Shown here: positions 35,791 through 36,738 of the stretch, one piece after another
Numbering within the stretch: position 1 is the stretch's first letter
Layout: each line of letters begins with the position of its first letter
DNA from: Octopus bimaculoides
Taxonomy: Eukaryota
Direction: 5' to 3'
Assembly: GCF_001194135.2 (NCBI RefSeq)
Contig: NC_068987.1
Coordinates: 74,044,384-74,081,121 of the forward strand
Length of the DNA: 36,738 nucleotides
Notes under the pieces: generated by a model
The model's database searches: none
Told to the model about the DNA's origin: nothing
What the model saw: the letters and a program-made list of their open reading frames with translations, nothing else
Made by a program: the position numbers and the translations under genes

Positions 35791-35917
35791 GAGATGGCCC
35801 TGAAGATATCTAGATACTTTGTTGTTAATTTTTACATATAGAACTCTTAACATGGTTCAAATATTCCAAAGCACTGTTTACATAGTGACCAGATTGAAAC
35901 ATGTGTAGGTACCTCTT
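35791..35917 (+). ncRNA. Older type I hammerhead motif HH-F with 89-nt helix II domain
   Basis: CTGAAGA 35800-06; T-ATCT/AGAT-T closure; nested CTTTG/CAAAG and TGTTAA/TTAACA stems; GAAA 35896-99; ACATGTGT; GUA site between 35907 and 35908; interrupted helix I GAGATGGCC/GGTACCTCTT. Confidence 0.5.
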
Positions 35918-36403
35918 ATGCATATTTTATTTTATGTTAATGCATGCTCATTTAAATTTTATTTGTATTAAACTATTTGCTATGTTCATATTGTAATACA
36001 AATAAAATAAGTATCCATAATATTTTTCTCCTTTTTCTTATAGCAATAAATATATACACTAGCAGAGATACTCAGCATTGCTTGAGATTAAAATGGCATA
36101 GTTTGTATATATATTACAGCTCTGTTGAAACAGGTGATACAGGAAAGTGCAGCATTGATGACAAAACGTTTGTAGAGTAAATGATATGCTAATTTGACTA
36201 AGTGATATGTCATGTGTCCATTTGGAGTATTCCAGGCCCTAAGCTGTCATGGAAAATTACAAGTGAGGGCTATTGGACTTTTGAATGCACCAAAAATCTG
36301 TCAGTAGATATAGTCTCTTTTGTGGCAGTTGGCACTGCGTTTAACATGACTCACCATCTGAAGTTTTGACACCTCCTTCAGATTTGTTGTACTACATTAT
36401 CAT

Positions 36404-36738
36404 CATCATTATCATCATCATCATCGTTTAATGTCCGCTTTCCATGCTAGCATGGGTTGGACGATTTGACTGAGGACTGGTGAAACCGGTTGGCTACACC
36501 AGGCTCCAATCTAATTTGGCAGAGTTTCTACAGCTGGATGCCCTTCCTAATGCCAACCACTCAGAGAGTGTAGTGGGTGCTTTTACGTGTCACCCGCACG
36601 AAAACGGCCACGCTCGAAATGGTGTCTTTTATGTGTCACCCGCACAAGAGCCAGTCCAGAGGCACTGGCAACGATCTCGCTCGAAAACCCTACGAAGGCC
36701 AGTCAGGCGGTACTGGCAATGGTCACGCTCAAAATGGT
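36404..36738 (-). mobile_element. Copy of the (GAT)n-tailed repeat with internal tandem units; runs off the window
   Basis: Colinear with 140-362 and 31133-31603. Confidence 0.7.

Noticed and set aside
36470-36495. CTGAGGA-CTGGT-GAAA-CCGGT in the (GAT)n-tailed repeat
   Set aside because: No helix I or helix II pairing, and the other copies (e.g. near 31205) lack GAAACCGGT; coincidental.

Overview
AT-rich, microsatellite- and SINE-dense metazoan genomic DNA with six N gaps. The repeat landscape resembles an octopod cephalopod, but that is an inference, not a database result. The window lies inside one minus-strand gene, an axonemal dynein heavy chain most like DNAH3. I traced 13 consecutive GT-AG exons with consistent phases (33716 to 2074; 2182 nt, about 727 codons, roughly stalk end/AAA5 through AAA6 into the C-terminal domain). 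Both ends of the gene lie outside the window. The introns hold a gypsy RT/RNaseH relic, an R4/Dong-like RT relic, RTE-like LINE pieces, a mariner relic, mariner/Tc1, hAT and piggyBac-type MITEs, and several tRNA-derived SINE families. The most notable signal is a set of type I hammerhead-ribozyme motifs in the introns. Three have a complete core (5294-5336 -, 7745-7833 +, 8115-8205 -), one is older but has a complete core (35791-35917 +), two are degenerate, and one more probably continues into an assembly gap. Several carry unusually long helix II hairpins and near-palindromic helix III segments. One sits in an inverted-repeat arrangement suggestive of Penelope-like retroelement termini. All structures were paired by hand; none was computed or tested.
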